DNA of 64,000 nt from Dimorphilus gyrociliatus (GCA_904063045.1 CAJFCJ010000022.1:124001-188000), one strand, 5' to 3'. Counted from the stretch's first letter, positions 39,351-53,185 are shown. Notes: generated by a model not told the origin, from the sequence alone. A program made the numbers and translations.

Positions 39351-39770
39351 TCAATCAACGTAAAGAATGTAAATCATTGCCATAGCAAAAAGTGTATCAT
39401 TTGAATATTTTACGCATTTAAAACAGTCCTTATTCTCATTCCAATAGCACCTTGATCCAAATTTCGTACCTTTCTGACCAGCCGATCCTAAACTCACTAC
39501 GGCAACTATTTTATAACGGTAGTATTGGAGTTGCTTGAGGTCTCTCATCAGTTCTCCAGCTATTTCATGGCTAAGATGCTTACATTTTACAGGATCATAT
39601 ACTTCAGACTCAAGACGACGCTTTAGAAGAGCTTCTGTTATTTCTCGAATGGCCTCTTCTTTTTCTTCTTTATTTGATGTGGGCGTTCCGTTCATGTTAG
39701 GGCATTCCGCGGTCATTTTTTCTTCCATTGATTCAGCGACTCCTAGCGGATTGCTATATAGTAGAGACAT
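39351..39770 (-). CDS. Tctex1-domain dynein light chain (TCTEX1D-like)
   Basis: AIREITEALLKRRLESEVYDPVKCKHLSHEIAGEL...RYKIVAVVSLG..GQKGTKFGSRCYWNENKD...YSNDTLFAMAMIYILY is a typical Tctex-1 fold. The true start may be further upstream. Confidence 0.88.
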   Translation of the reverse strand: MSLLYSNPLGVAESMEEKMTAECPNMNGTPTSNKEEKEEAIREITEALLKRRLESEVYDPVKCKHLSHEIAGELMRDLKQLQYYRYKIVAVVSLGSAGQKGTKFGSRCYWNENKDCFKCVKYSNDTLFAMAMIYILYVD

Positions 39771-40719
39771 CTCTTCTTTGAAGTTCGCGTATTCTAATAT
39801 TATTGATTGAAAAATTTTACCAGTTTATCCGTTCAGGTTTAATTGAGAAGAAAGTTTCGAATAACTTTTAACAATTAACCAAGAAAGCGAGCGAGTTGAA
39901 TTGCTGTAAACGTTATTAAATTTGAACAAGTTTTGATCTGTATGGCCGGGATCAGTTACGAATCCATTTTTAATCGGATTACGCAAGTTGAATCTATTAA
40001 ATAAATTTGTATGAGCGAGAATAAAAGATAGAATGTCATTTATACTGGGCAGTGACAGTTTAATGGTTATCTTTATACAAAATCTTAACAATAACATATT
40101 GAAATCGTTTCATTTGTTTGAATAAGTTCAACATGTCTGTTGAACAATCAATTATTAATTAGAGTCAAAAGTTTGCAACTTATCGTTTAGTTTCTTGATC
40201 TATAGTATTTAGAAAGTGATTGAGAAGCCATTCGGTGCTATAGTTACAAGATAAATAGAGGAACAAATGTAACAATTTGGGACAAATAACATCAAAAGTT
40301 TAGTTTCCTTTCAAGTAAACAACTTAAAAAAAAATCAAAAGTTCTTGCTTTAAAATTAATGCTAAAGATAAACATTTGTATCAGAACATTTTCTTTCAAG
40401 AGAAAAGAAATCATTGAATATTATCATTAGATCTGAAAAAAATAAAGTTGTTTTTTTACGAAAATAACATATGTATTTTTAATAAAATCACAAGTTTTTA
40501 TGATTATTCATAATCATTATGATTATATAATTGAAAAAAGCATTTAATAGAACAGCAAAATCTTTTTATAATGAAAAATAAACTTTTTTCATTCGGTTGA
40601 ATTGTTTATTATCTACTTGAGATTTTACTTTTAACAGCTATGGTTAAAAAGAATTCACAGCTTTGATATGTAGTTTCTGCATGACAGTGAACACAAAGAG
40701 ACTTGATGTTTTTTCAACA

Positions 40720-42647
40720 TCATATTCTATTTATCTCAGCTTCTATATCTTCAAGAAGTTTGAATGAGAAAAGCTCCTCTTTAATTCTTTTTTTATCTTC
40801 ACTATTATCTTTAGCGTTCTAGAAAAGAACGTTTGGTATATTATATAATATTTAAGGAAATAGCAAAAACAAAAATTAATTGATGGATACCTCGATCTTG
40901 ATATTTTTATTCCTTATCCAACTTCTTATCGATCGTTTTGCAGGTAGCCTTAAGGTTTTTCTTAATTTCTAAAAGTAAACAAACACTGAAAATTGAAACT
41001 TAATACCGAAATATACGGAAGACTACCTCATAAGCCTGAGGACTGGCTTCGTACAAATCAATAGAAAAGTTAATAATAGGCTCTTTATAGCTATGCAATT
41101 TTTTTTTAGTTAAAGATGAACGAAGAATATTTTCCAAGATGTGTTGTTGAAGTTTATTTAGGATGGTTTGACTGTTTTTTACGATATCATCGGCTAGTTG
41201 TTTCTTATTTTCTATTAAGAAATGAAAATATTATTGGATTTATCGTAAAAAATGATAGATGAATATACTTTTTCGTTGAAAAAGAGCAATAGTTTTACTA
41301 TGCTGCCTTTTTAATAATTTTATTCGATTTTCTAGAAATTGTATTCTTTTTTCGTAATGATTTCTTTTGCGATTGAAGACTCGCTTTAATTTTTTAGACT
41401 GTTTTAATAAAGTGAATAAATTTAAAAGAAATGCTAATAATCTAATTGATTGATAACTTCTAACCTTTTCAGATGTACTCGAATCTTCCTGGCAACATTG
41501 CGTAAGTACTGCGTCTTGTCTATCGTTTAACGGCTCCTCTTTAATTACCTCAGTGGCACAAAGCTCATTTCTAATTTGGTGTGAAGAAGAGTTTTCTAAT
41601 GATTCATTGTCTGCACTGTTTGGTTCTGATTGCTCTCTCTTTATTGACATGTAAGTACCTATAATATTTGAAACAGACTGTTGATTATTTGGACCATTGC
41701 TATTATTATTTTCTTTATCATTTTCATTTGAGCTGCAAAACTCATCAGTTGTTTGAGATTTCACTTCAATTGGCTTAATTTCGATTGTTTTCTTGGATAT
41801 TTTGCAAACAACCGCATCGTCTTTTTGTTTATTATCGTCACATGCATTTGCTTCAGTCCGCTCGCTATCCCCGTTGTTTTGAGTAGTAGTTGACTGTTCA
41901 TTAATTCCAAACTTAGCTATTGGCCTTATTAAAGCGGGTGATATTAAATCAATATGCCCGGATCTTCGGAAAGCGTTATTAAACTGACTAGAATCGATTG
42001 TTATGTAATCCTTATGCATGGGATTATTAGTAATTGGTTTAGGAGCAATGGGTCGAAAGCCAGGGTAACAATTTGATATTACTGAATTTACTTTCTTTGT
42101 AGTGGATGCAATTGGACCATTAGCTTGGTCTACAGTAGAGTTTGAAAAGTTTGATGATTCACTCTGATGTATAGTTAAATTCTTTTCTCCCTTCTCTCCG
42201 TTTCCTTCTTCATCTCCACCTTCTTTCTCTTTTCCTATATCTTCAGAGTCACTAAAGTTTAATGTTGGAATAGCAGTAGGTTTTAGAATAGCATCTTTTA
42301 TCTGCGAAATATTTAATTGCATTATTTCTGCGTATAACAAAAACATTATGTTCATACGTTTTCATATTGAGAGTCGTCAAAGTGACTGGAACATATAAAA
42401 TAACTTTGGGAGAGGTAGGCGGGTCCTTTATTGAGAAATATTTGTTCCAGACTTCTTGATCTTGTGTTTGTTACCCATCTTGCACATCTAAAAAGGGAAA
42501 ATTTCAATTTAAGTTGTTAAATAAATTATTTCTCTTCGTTCTTTTCTTGAAAAATTATTACCTTTTATTATCGTTAGGAAATGCATATCTTTTTTTCTTA
42601 CCACTATCGTGTTTTAGATTGCATTTATCAACGGCACAAGACAACAT
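40720..42647 (-). CDS. THAP-domain protein with a P-element-transposase-like coiled-coil/HTH region and no catalytic domain (putative domesticated neogene); 7 exons
   Basis: ATG 42647 gives MLSCAVDKC..YAFP..|RCARW...ICSSHF..|..LKPTAIPT (THAP C2CH signature). Downstream exons 41027-41213 and 40891-40968 read HSYKEPIINFSIDLYEASPQAYE|KLRKTLRLPAKRSIRSWI. The final exon stops at 40720. Confidence 0.82.
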
Positions 42648-43546
42648 CCTGAAAATATTTGCAACATTTACAAAGTTTTGTGTAACTTTTAAGCAAAACT
42701 CCTTATTTTGCTAGAAGATGCCACTTTATTAGTAATATCTAATTTTGTATAACTCTCAATATCAATTTTTTTACATATTCCTTTATTTAAGTAACATACT
42801 TCTCAGTCAGTAGTTTATCCCTATTATCGTGTCCATAAAAACCGTCGTGTGCAGTGTCCGGTTATAGCTTAATGCCATGCGGGAATACGCATGGTCCTAA
42901 ATATTGATATAATTTCATTTCTACTACTTAAATAACTTGAGAAATGTGTAATATTTTTATGTTATGAAAATACGATTCAGATTATAACTATATCATGATA
43001 TCAATTTGTAAAAGTACGTAAGAAATAGATAAATTCTTAACAATATTCCACCAAAATTATTTCTTTCAGAACATTTCATGTTAATTGCAAAGATGAAGAA
43101 TAGAGATACAACATAAAAATACGTAAAAAATTAATTAAAATGGTAATTTAAGACTAAGATAAAAGTTGATCTACAAAGTCAGACCAGTTTTAAGCATACC
43201 GATTATTATCAAAACAAGCGCCGCCTATGTGTGTTGTGTGGTTTGTAAATGTAATTCAGAGCGTAATTTAGAACAAAAGATAAGTATTTATAGCTGTATA
43301 GTAAGTTACGATAAATTAATAACTATAAATATTAAAATCTTAATGATATAGTAAAATTATTAAAAATGATATAAGTGACTCTACTCTTTTAGCATCTCCC
43401 TCTGTAACAGAGAATATAAAGAAAACATTAAAATGAATATTAATAGTTACCTTTACCTTCTTTCCATTAACCTATATAACTATTAATTAATAACTGTTTT
43501 GATTGAATAACTTTACTTATTTCAATTTTATTACAAAAAGGAAACC

Positions 43547-44612
43547 ATGAAAGAGAAAGAGCTACAAAGTGAACTTTTAAGAAAAATAAAGAAATTTTGC
43601 TACAATGTATTTAAAGAGGAGGAAAGGATTTCCATTATCGGTACTATTGGAATTAAATTGTCGGAGGATCGAATTATGTTGCTCAGTATAAATGAAGATG
43701 CTATAAATAAAGATAGTATAGGGGAAGATATGATCGAAGTAAATGAATCGGACGACACGGATGATAGCGACTCAAATATGAATGGAAACAATGATAATAA
43801 TTTTCAAATGCTATCCGCTTTCGAGAACAGTGAAAATAGTAAAAGATTTATGGGAAGTTCATTAAAATATGAATCAAATATTGAGTCAGATAAAGGAAAG
43901 GACTGTTCAACTGATGCTCATCAAAGAAATTTCAAATCAATCACTGAATCGTCAAAGAATATGTTATTTGGATCAAATAAAAAGTATTGTAATCATTTAT
44001 CAACTGACCGTGAACAACAGTTGGACGAGGTAACTTAGTAATTAAACTGCTATTTATTATAATAATCTTTCATTAATCTGTTGGAAGCAGACTGATTGTG
44101 AAAATCCGGAACACGAATGTCAAATTTGCGGGAAATGTTGTACAACAAAATATGGATTAAAATTACATCAAGTCGTTCATTCAACCGAAAAACCGTTCAA
44201 GTGTCCTTACTGTAATGCAGAATTTAAATGGAAAAATAGTTACGGTCGACATAAGAAGCTGGTCCATGATAAGTTGAAAAGAGGATTATCTGAATCAACA
44301 AAAACATCAGTTAGTGGAAAGGTTCATACTTATATATTTATACAATATAAACTAATGTTATATATTACTAATATATACATTATTTTCTCTCAGACTGAAT
44401 CAAATTTCGATTCTCCATTTAACTGTAAGGATTGCGGCAAAGTCTTTCAAACTCATCACTATCTTAAAGTACATAGGGTGGTCGTCCACTCTGCTTTAAA
44501 ACCTTTCGTCTGTTCAATATGTAATGCATCATTTAAATGGAAATACAGCTTTGAAAGACACCAAAGATTACTGCACGGAGCTACAAACAGAAATACTGAA
44601 CAGTTTATATAA
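43547..44612 (+). CDS. C2H2 zinc-finger protein (4 fingers) with an N-terminal conserved domain; 3 exons
   Basis: Fingers are CQICGKCC..HQVVH, CPYCNAEFKWK..HKKLVH, CKDCGKVF..HRVVH and CSICNASFKWK..HQRLLH, with STEKPF/ALKPF linkers. Confidence 0.88.
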
Positions 44613-45607
44613 TTTCAAAAAAGTTTTCTTCCTTTTTTAGTTGTTCAAGTCTTAATATAATAGTCATATTTTACTAACAAGAAAAGAGTTTAATATATTT
44701 ATTTTCAATAAGAAAACATAAAGAAAGAAAATGAAATGAACTAAATGAAAAAGTTTGTTCGTTATTGTTTCAGCTATTGAAATGTCTATGGAATTTGTTA
44801 CAATTTAGATTCTAAGATAGGAGATATTGGGTAGGGAGTGTAAGAAGGCCAAGACGGACGCGTGCTTGGTGTACACGTGTATACAGTATATATCTGTGCG
44901 TGTGTATATGCGAAGGCGAATACAGAAAGAATAAATTAAAAAACATCCCATAGGTGGCATTGCGAATATTATATTGATTTGTGTCTGGCTGCATTTAATA
45001 CTTGCAAGCCTATATTTTGATCTGAGCCGTTGTTTTCCTGTTGGAAATCAAATCGACTCATTCAAATAAAACATATATATTTAAGTAAGAATACTTTAAA
45101 TTCCTAATCTGCTTGTTTGACGGGCCACATTAAACTGGATAAGCTTTATTCTTTATAAACTCTGATCGAATGTCTTTCGCCTATTGATGTCTTTTAAAGA
45201 GGTACAATTTTTTTTATCAGTATGCACTCCCATCAATAGTATTATATTTGCAATTATTTGACTGTAATCCACTTATCTAACTTAAAACAGAAAAGATTTT
45301 ATTGAGTAGGTGTATAGGAGTATGAGCGATAATATGATTTAAAGAACAACTAGAAAAATTCAGAGAAAAACAGTTCCATCACTTAGTATAGTTTATTATA
45401 TTAATATTACGAATTTTTTCAAAGTACTAATTGATATTCTATAATTATCAGTTAATGAAATAATAGAAGAGAAGAAGTTGAAGAAGGTTCACACTGTATA
45501 TAGTATATATATTATTAATATATAGTATATATATATATATACATATATATGTATATATGTATATATATATATAATAATTATATATGCATATATATACCTT
45601 AAATACA

Positions 45608-47005
45608 ATGAACGAAAGAAGAATAAACTTCGAAAGAACCCTATCAGAAACAATTAAATTACTATGTAGAGGGGAATTTCAAAAAGAAGAAAGATTTACA
45701 ATCAATGGAACCATAGGTGTCTCTTTGCCAAATGATAGAATATTTTTAGTTGGAATTCACGAGGAAATTATCAATAAAAATGGTAGAATTCATGAAGAAA
45801 GTCCAACAAATTTAAATGATGAAGCTATAACGAAGGCTGCTGATGAAGGGCCTGATGTTAACAACTTTGATATTTTGCCAATGTTAGTGGATGAGGAAAA
45901 TCAACAAAAGAAACAAGAAGATTCTTCGTCTTCCATTAATTGGGATGATGATAGTGATAGTCTTTCATTAAATTCTTCAAATGCATTGAATCGGAGAGAC
46001 TCAGAAACAGATACTGACAGTAAACGATCAGTTATTAACTGCTCCAATGAAGAAACTAGTCCTAACCCGGTAAATATTGTTATTCTTTTTGTTGATAATC
46101 TGTGATGAAAAGGAAATTTATTCTTGAATATAAAAAGGTTCAACTGCTGACTATAAAAAAAGAAGCTAATACAGAAGACTATCAATGCACCGATTGTGGA
46201 AAATGTTTTGATAAATCGTCTCTATTAAAGCGTCATAAAGTCGTTCACAATTCTTCAAAGCCATTTTTGTGTTCATTTTGCGATTCGGCATTTAAATGGA
46301 GAAATAATGCTCTAAGGCACGAAAGAATCGTTCACGGAGAAAAAAAAAAAACAAGGTTTCAAGCTATCAGTGAATCATCCAATTTTGCTCAGTCAAGTAA
46401 CACCAACAAGGTATTGAAATAAATTGCTTTAATTGAAAATTTTAATATTTTTACTGAGTTGATTTAATTGTAAATCCTCTCTGAGAAAGTATTTCATTTC
46501 TAATATAATAAACAATTCCGTATTTCAGAGTCGAGGATCTGCTGTAAGAACATCTTTAGAGAGAAACCGCGTTGGCTTAAAATTATCTGAAGCTGCTCTA
46601 AATAAGAGAAAAAGAATTTGTAATCCAGAAAGGCCTTTTATGTGTAACATTTGTAAAGCCTCATTTACGTGGAAGAGTAATTTGTACAGGCATAAAAGAT
46701 TTCAACATCATACCGACAGTTCAACCGCTCTCAGCTGTTCAGCGTGTAATGTTCACTTTGATCTTAAAGCAAATTATGATAAACATATGGAGTCATGCCG
46801 TGGTGGGAATACACCGGATGGCTCAAATGAAATAATTTCAGTTCAAGTAAAAAATGGTGAGAAACCCGAAAAAAGAGATCGAAATGATGTTTCAGCAAGA
46901 AAAAGGACGTTTTCATGCAAAATTTGTGAACTCAAATTTGATTATAAAGATGGTCTTGTCTCACATATCATAAGAGATCATAAAGCTTTGAAAAAGTTTT
47001 CTTAG
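45608..47005 (+). CDS. C2H2 zinc-finger protein (~5 fingers), tandem paralog of the previous gene; 3 exons
   Basis: Same N-terminal domain. Fingers are CTDCGKCF..HKVVH, CSFCDSAFKWR..HERIVH, CNICKASFTWK..HKRFQH, CSAC..HMESC and CKIC..HIIRDH. Confidence 0.88.
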
Positions 47006-49498
47006 TACTTTCTTCTAGTTTCATATTTAAGAATGTATATCTATAGACTAAAGTATATTGTTTATGAGTATATATGTACTGAATATACACTAGGTGCTGT
47101 ACATATACATACATATAGTATACAGTATTTATATTTATGTAATACTTGTATATAAGTTTATACCACCTTTTTATTTCTTTTTCTAAAGGAATATTGTTGT
47201 TTTTCTATATTTAATAATTAATTAGTTTTTCCTATTCGTATTCACATTTCTGATGTTATTTCATTTTTTAGTGAAATTAGATATTTAATTATTTATATTT
47301 TTGTTAGATAAAAGTGAAGAGCTATCTCGTTCGATGTTGAACTCTTAGTTTATTATATTCTACACTATGTTAAGCTACGCCTCAGTCGCCATCTAACGAA
47401 AGATGTTGTAAAAATACAAAATATTAAGATTTTTTGTTTTTGCAGTAATGTCTTTATAAAATTTTCTTGCCCGAAAGTGTTTTCATTCTGTACATTTAAA
47501 GGCAATTAAAAGAAATATACTACCTATGTGTTAGTAAATACCTTGCGAGTAAAGGAACCCATACAAAAAGCGCACTTTATGATAAATAAGCCTATAGAAA
47601 TTGTTATTTTATACCTATTTCTTATTTTACTATTGTTTCATGTACGGCAGTCTCTAATATTCTATCAAGCTAATTCCTATTTTTAATTAGTACTAACATT
47701 CTCTATAAGGAAATAAAACCAACATGTTTTGTTTGGTTTTGTTTCTCTTGTAATTATTCGTAATAAAAGAATGGACTTTCCTTATTTATGACAAAAGAAG
47801 AGTTTCTATTTGTTGAACTATATATTCAAAATATAAGGATATCTTATCTGAATTTTTTATACAATAAGAGTAAAGAAACTACAATTATTAGCTACTCGTC
47901 TAATATTCTTGTAATACGTGTTTTATTTGAAAGAAAAGATGCTAAACATTTAATAACGTACAAATAAACACGTACTTCTTCTCCTAAAAGCTTAGCATGT
48001 AATTTATTTATTTATAGAAATTATAATGATGAATTAACGTAAATCTTACGAATTCTATGAATTATTTATCATATTTCATAAGTTTATCTGTAGTCTTTAG
48101 TCGGTTAAAAATCGAGAAAAAGTCATTCTATCGGTTGCCGAAATAGTATAAGGTGTGCTATATTTAATTTTATTTTATCGACTTAATATTTCTTTGATCT
48201 CAATAGAGTGTCATTAACAAGGGCTTAGTTGCTTTTTGACTCTCTTATCGATTGAGATGCCATGTTTTTTAATTCCTAATATCTACTAAACGAGTAACAA
48301 TGGAAGAAATTCTTGTAATTTTACCTATATATAACAATAACAAAAACAATAACAATAATAGTAATAAACTATGAACATTAAGGAATTATGTGCGCTAATA
48401 TTTTTCACGTACAGAAGTTTTTATACTTTGAAACAAAGGGAGAAGAATCGAAAAATATTCAATTCTCCACATGAGGTAGTCAGCTGATGCAGGTATGCTG
48501 TATCTCACTCAGATCACACTTTTTACCTAGTATTTTGCTACCAGACTACTTGTCACAATTTTTGGAAATTGTAATAAAACTCAGCAAGAAGAGATGATTT
48601 GTACCATAGTTCAAGGTTGACTGAGGTATTTACAATTATAAGGTATAATGAAAAGGGTAAGTGGAAACTGGCAAGCTATACTTTAAGTTTAGATGTTAGA
48701 AAATAAAACCCAAAATTACTAACTAGTAATTTTTTTTGCTATGTGATTCCTATGGAAAAAAAAATTGATGACTAGTGTGAAATTAATTGCTTAAAAATGA
48801 GAACAAGGAAGACTGAAAGTGATAACGTTGTAGCGTTCATTTCATTCATTTTGAAATATAAAAAATTTTATTGTGGTAAAGAAGGTCGACAATAGCTTTG
48901 AATTACATAAGGCAACAGAAGAGGTTATATAAGATTACATTGAGCTGGAATTGAGATAGTTGCAGGAACAATTCTCAAAATGTATATAGTTACACAGTGT
49001 ACAAGATTAAGAAAAATGTATGTGTGATGTGTGTAGCATCTCATTACGTAAGCAATTACATAAATAATACCGAATTTAACCTATTCATAGGCTGCTTATA
49101 TGGTAGATAAATAGGTGGATAGATACGTAAACACTTATTATGTCATATTGTATACAAAGACAGTATATATTTAAAAAAGATTAGAACTAAACAAGATAGA
49201 CAGATTGATATCAGAACTGAATTTTATAAAATGAATTATTCTGTTTCGTCTGTAGAATAAAAGAGATGGAATTTATGAATATACAGTATATGGTGTATAT
49301 ATTTAATAATCTTGCTTGTTTTGATCTCAGGTTTTTATTTAACTTGAATAAGTTTTTGTTGAAGTAAGAAGTGAAGAAAAGTGAAAATGTAGGAGAGTTG
49401 GCATTCATTTCCAAAAGCCTTATCTAATTTGCTTCGTTCAGCTGCAAATATATACGCACGAACCATACAAGAAAATGCTAAACAGAGATGTAGAGGTT

Positions 49499-50980
49499 CT
49501 ATATTGAATCCTCTTCGATATCGTTTTCTGTTTGGGTAAAAATATCTTTTTGTTGATTTTCTCTTTCATCTATTGATGTATCTTTCTCTTTTGGTGATGA
49601 TACCCGTTTTTGCATGTCTCGCAAGTGCTTTGCAGAGTATCTCTTTGTATCTGGAACGACGATTGTGTTATGAAATCTACTAAAATCAATTTGATATTCG
49701 CCGTCGTTCTTTTGAAAAGTTACTAAACGTTCAAAACGATGAGCCCATAAAATTTCTGAAGGGAGGTAGGAAGTTCTTGCTTGGGTTGTCATCCCCGTTG
49801 ATTCTACAATGCCTTCTAGAATAACAATCAGTTCAAATTGTTCTTTAGACAAGTGATCTGCGGACATATTATAAAAAGGAGAATCAGGCGTGATTCTATG
49901 TTCAAGAATAACAGGCCACACTAAAAATAATCTTTCATCGCCGTCTTCAGCCCCCAACTCAACTTGATGCTGACAAAGTGGAAGTACTTCGCCTTCGTTT
50001 GTAACTCTTCTCTTGATAAGAATACCTCTAACGTGAGCCTCAACTATGTGAGAACGTCTCATATCTCCGACTCGTATGAGTAATCGAAGTTGACCGTCTC
50101 TAACGCACACAACAGCGTTTTTAGAAAACATTAACGTCTCAGCTCTTTTCTTTGGTCTCGATAATTTAGCAAACACCAAGCCTGAAAAAGAAATTTTCAT
50201 CACTTATGAAAGCTTTATTAATGTAAATATTTTAATAGATAAATTATTCATAAAATAATCATTCCATATTTTTACTTTAATTACTGAAGAAAGTATGCAA
50301 CTTATACATTTACTAATAAGCTATTTTGCCTTCAACTCGACATATCATATGAACATTTTTGGAATTTGCAGTAGTTATCTATTAATATAAACAGTATATT
50401 TGTATTGCTTTATTCAGAAAATAAAGGTGTAACGAACGTCTGATAATTTTGAATGAAAATTTTCCTTATCCGTCTCTTTCATTCTACCTAAATTAATCAT
50501 CGTAAAAATAAAATCTTTAAATTTAACTTTACTATTAAAAAGTTAATTAAAAACTATATTCATCAATACAAATAGCATCATATTTTTAAATGAAAGCATA
50601 TGGCAGGAATATTCTAGAGTAAATACGAGCTATAAAAAAAGAAAAAAAGGTATATATGTATAAATAAAGTATAATATATTTGTTTCATTATTAATAATAA
50701 TATCAGTAGTAATTTAATATAACCTAATTTTTCTTCAGCTATTAATAAATATTCATAAATTAAAAAAAAATAAACACCAAAACTGAATTAAGGAATAAAA
50801 AGTACACTTTTTCTTTTTATATTCATCGACAAAACTATTTATGAAGCTTTTATGAAAAAAAGACATTAAGTTGGCTAAAAGCTCTTACATGGATTTACAT
50901 TGTATAAAGTGTACTGGTATGAAATTTAAAATAATCTCTGTCTCTGCCTCTCTCTTTGTTTCTTTGTCTGTCTGTCTCTC

Positions 50981-51015
<35 letters not shown>

Positions 51016-51531
51016 CCTACACACACACACAAAACAAGCAAATGTGAAGAATTTACCCGTCATTAAAGCTTGAATAATTACTCCAAAACAAGATTGAGCC
51101 ATCACTACCAAAACTGCTTCTGGACAGTTGGATGTCACATGACGATAACCGTATCCAATTGTATGTTGAGTTTCTATACTAAACAAAAGAGCGGTGGTGA
51201 AATCGGTTAATTCCTCAACGCAGACTAGTTTTTGATCGCCTTCAAAATCTCCGTGTGAGAAGCAGATTAGCCACCATATTAGCGCAAATCCTATCCAAGA
51301 TAAAGTAAAAGCAAGAACAAATATTAATAGGTTCCATCGCCATTTAAGATCTACTAGAGTAGTAAAAATGTCAGATAAATATCGCCGTCGTCTTTTTCTG
51401 ATATTCGAGTGAGAAACATTACATTCACCATTTTTAAATACTAAACGACGCCTTCCTCGTCTCGAAAGACGTTTTTCTTTGCTAGAAGTCTGCCTTCTTA
51501 AAGTTGATGCATTATCCTCGTCACCAGACAT
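49499..51531 (-). CDS. Inward-rectifier K+ channel (Kir2/Irk-like); 2 coding exons
   Basis: RLVFKNGECNV, DIFTTLVDLKWRW, selectivity filter FSIETQHTIGYGYR, M2 QSCFGVIIQALMTG|LVFAKLSRPKKRAETLMFS, SHIVEAHVR and ELIVILEGIVESTGMTTQARTSYLPSEILW. Intron ~50184-51056. Confidence 0.96.
50935..51030. repeat. (TC)n/(AC)n microsatellite at the start of the Kir intron
   Basis: Direct dinucleotide runs. They explain the RERERE tail of the ORF. Confidence 0.9.
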
Positions 51532-53185
51532 AGTAGTGTTTCCCTTATATAAAGACTGAGAGAAAGAAGAAAAGAAACAAAAAGTTAAGAATGGTAAACG
51601 AAAATGATTTTAACGAATTCTCTGCACAGCATAAAAGGAAATAAACAGCATTTAATTGAATATAGTCAATTTGGCGTAAGCCACGTACACATTTTTATTC
51701 TGGTAACTATTACAAGTACAATTTTTTTTCACATTTAAAACAAATTAAAGTAATGAAAGGGAGAATAGTATTTATGGGTGGGGCGGTTTGCATTGAGAAA
51801 GGCTTGTTTCTCTTATTTGTTCTCTTTCTTTCTCTCTTTCACGAAATATATTGCCTATAAGCCTAATAAAAGTATCATTTACCCTAGAGGTAGTCAGCCA
51901 TCAATTTCTACTGTTTAGTCTTTTATCATTTTTAAGAAATTAGCAAAATATAGAAAAAGAAAAGACTTTGTGATATCGCTTTTTTTTTTCACGTCCTGGT
52001 TATAGAGCTAATGGTTTTCTTTGTCTTTAAAAGGTTTCAACGGTGCATTAAAGGTTGAATACAACGGCATACAAACTGTATATATATATATATATATATA
52101 CATTTGCATGCATGCGAGGACTGAATGTATTAACATCATTGTACAGGGAAAAGGCTATGGAGTAGAAGGAAAAGAAGGAGGTAGAGAGGGAAGAGGAGAG
52201 GCAGAAAGAGAGAAAACGAAAGAAAAGAGAAAAAAAAACGAATGAATTGTCTCGAAACTAATTAAATTCGGATATATTGAATAAAAAATCAAGGTTACTC
52301 TTAATAAAATGCCTTTAAGGATAATATTTATTGCAAGCTAATCAATCAGGAAATCAATAAAAAAATATGCCAGTAATTGCTATTGCCTTTCACCAGAATT
52401 AAATGCACTTAATATACAAACACAAAAATTAATTCACTTATCTTTTCTGATAAAAAAATAAGCAATATCTTTGCAAGAAAGGAGCAGTTAGTTTCAAAAT
52501 AACTTAATTAGCTTTTAATAACTTTAGATTAAAAGATTAAGGTAAAATCAAAAGTTTCTCCTGCTCCGTAAGGTTAAACTCTATGTGCTATTACTTCTTC
52601 TGCTCACTCATATACTATACAGTTTATTTTTACTAAATAAGAAAAATTATAGACATGTACTGTATGTGTAATTTGTACTAAATGCGTTCGTTCATTCACC
52701 CGTCTGCTACGTACAGTTATTAAGTTATCAGTAAAATAAAGTAGTCTCTACAATAAAGTAGGGATAGGCTATTATCAGGTTTTAACGTATTATAATACAA
52801 AGACGAATTGATTTAAGAAGGTACAGAAAAGAGCAATAGTTTATTGTATAACTAGTTATCGATTAAGTTGAGTTGATTTCAGTAAGATAAAAATCATCCG
52901 AGATATGTTAATCACGTGGAAAAATGATTAGATGACGGAAAAAGTATTCCATTTTTTGTTTCAATTAATTGTTCCTTTTATACATCCTTTAAACTGTGAC
53001 AATGAGGGGAGAGAAAAAGCACTTACTTGAGCTAGTTAAATCTCTTATCCTTTCTGATCATTTAATATTCTAACTTAATGACGAAGGCTAAATATGTATA
53101 TATTTTAAAATCGCCGAACTCGACAATTTCAAGTTCATCACGTACGTTATTAGAAAAGGTAGACAATGGCGTCTACAAAAACCCG

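Noticed and set aside
39825-40097. 90-aa ORF upstream of the Tctex1 gene
   Set aside because: It has no recognisable motif, and I could not establish a splice link to the Tctex1 frame.
40819-40890. Possible U12-type intron in the THAP gene (GTATCC donor, TTCCTTAA tract)
   Set aside because: The donor is GTATCCAT rather than GTATCCTT, and the putative branch site is >30 nt from the acceptor. It is more likely an ordinary U2 intron.
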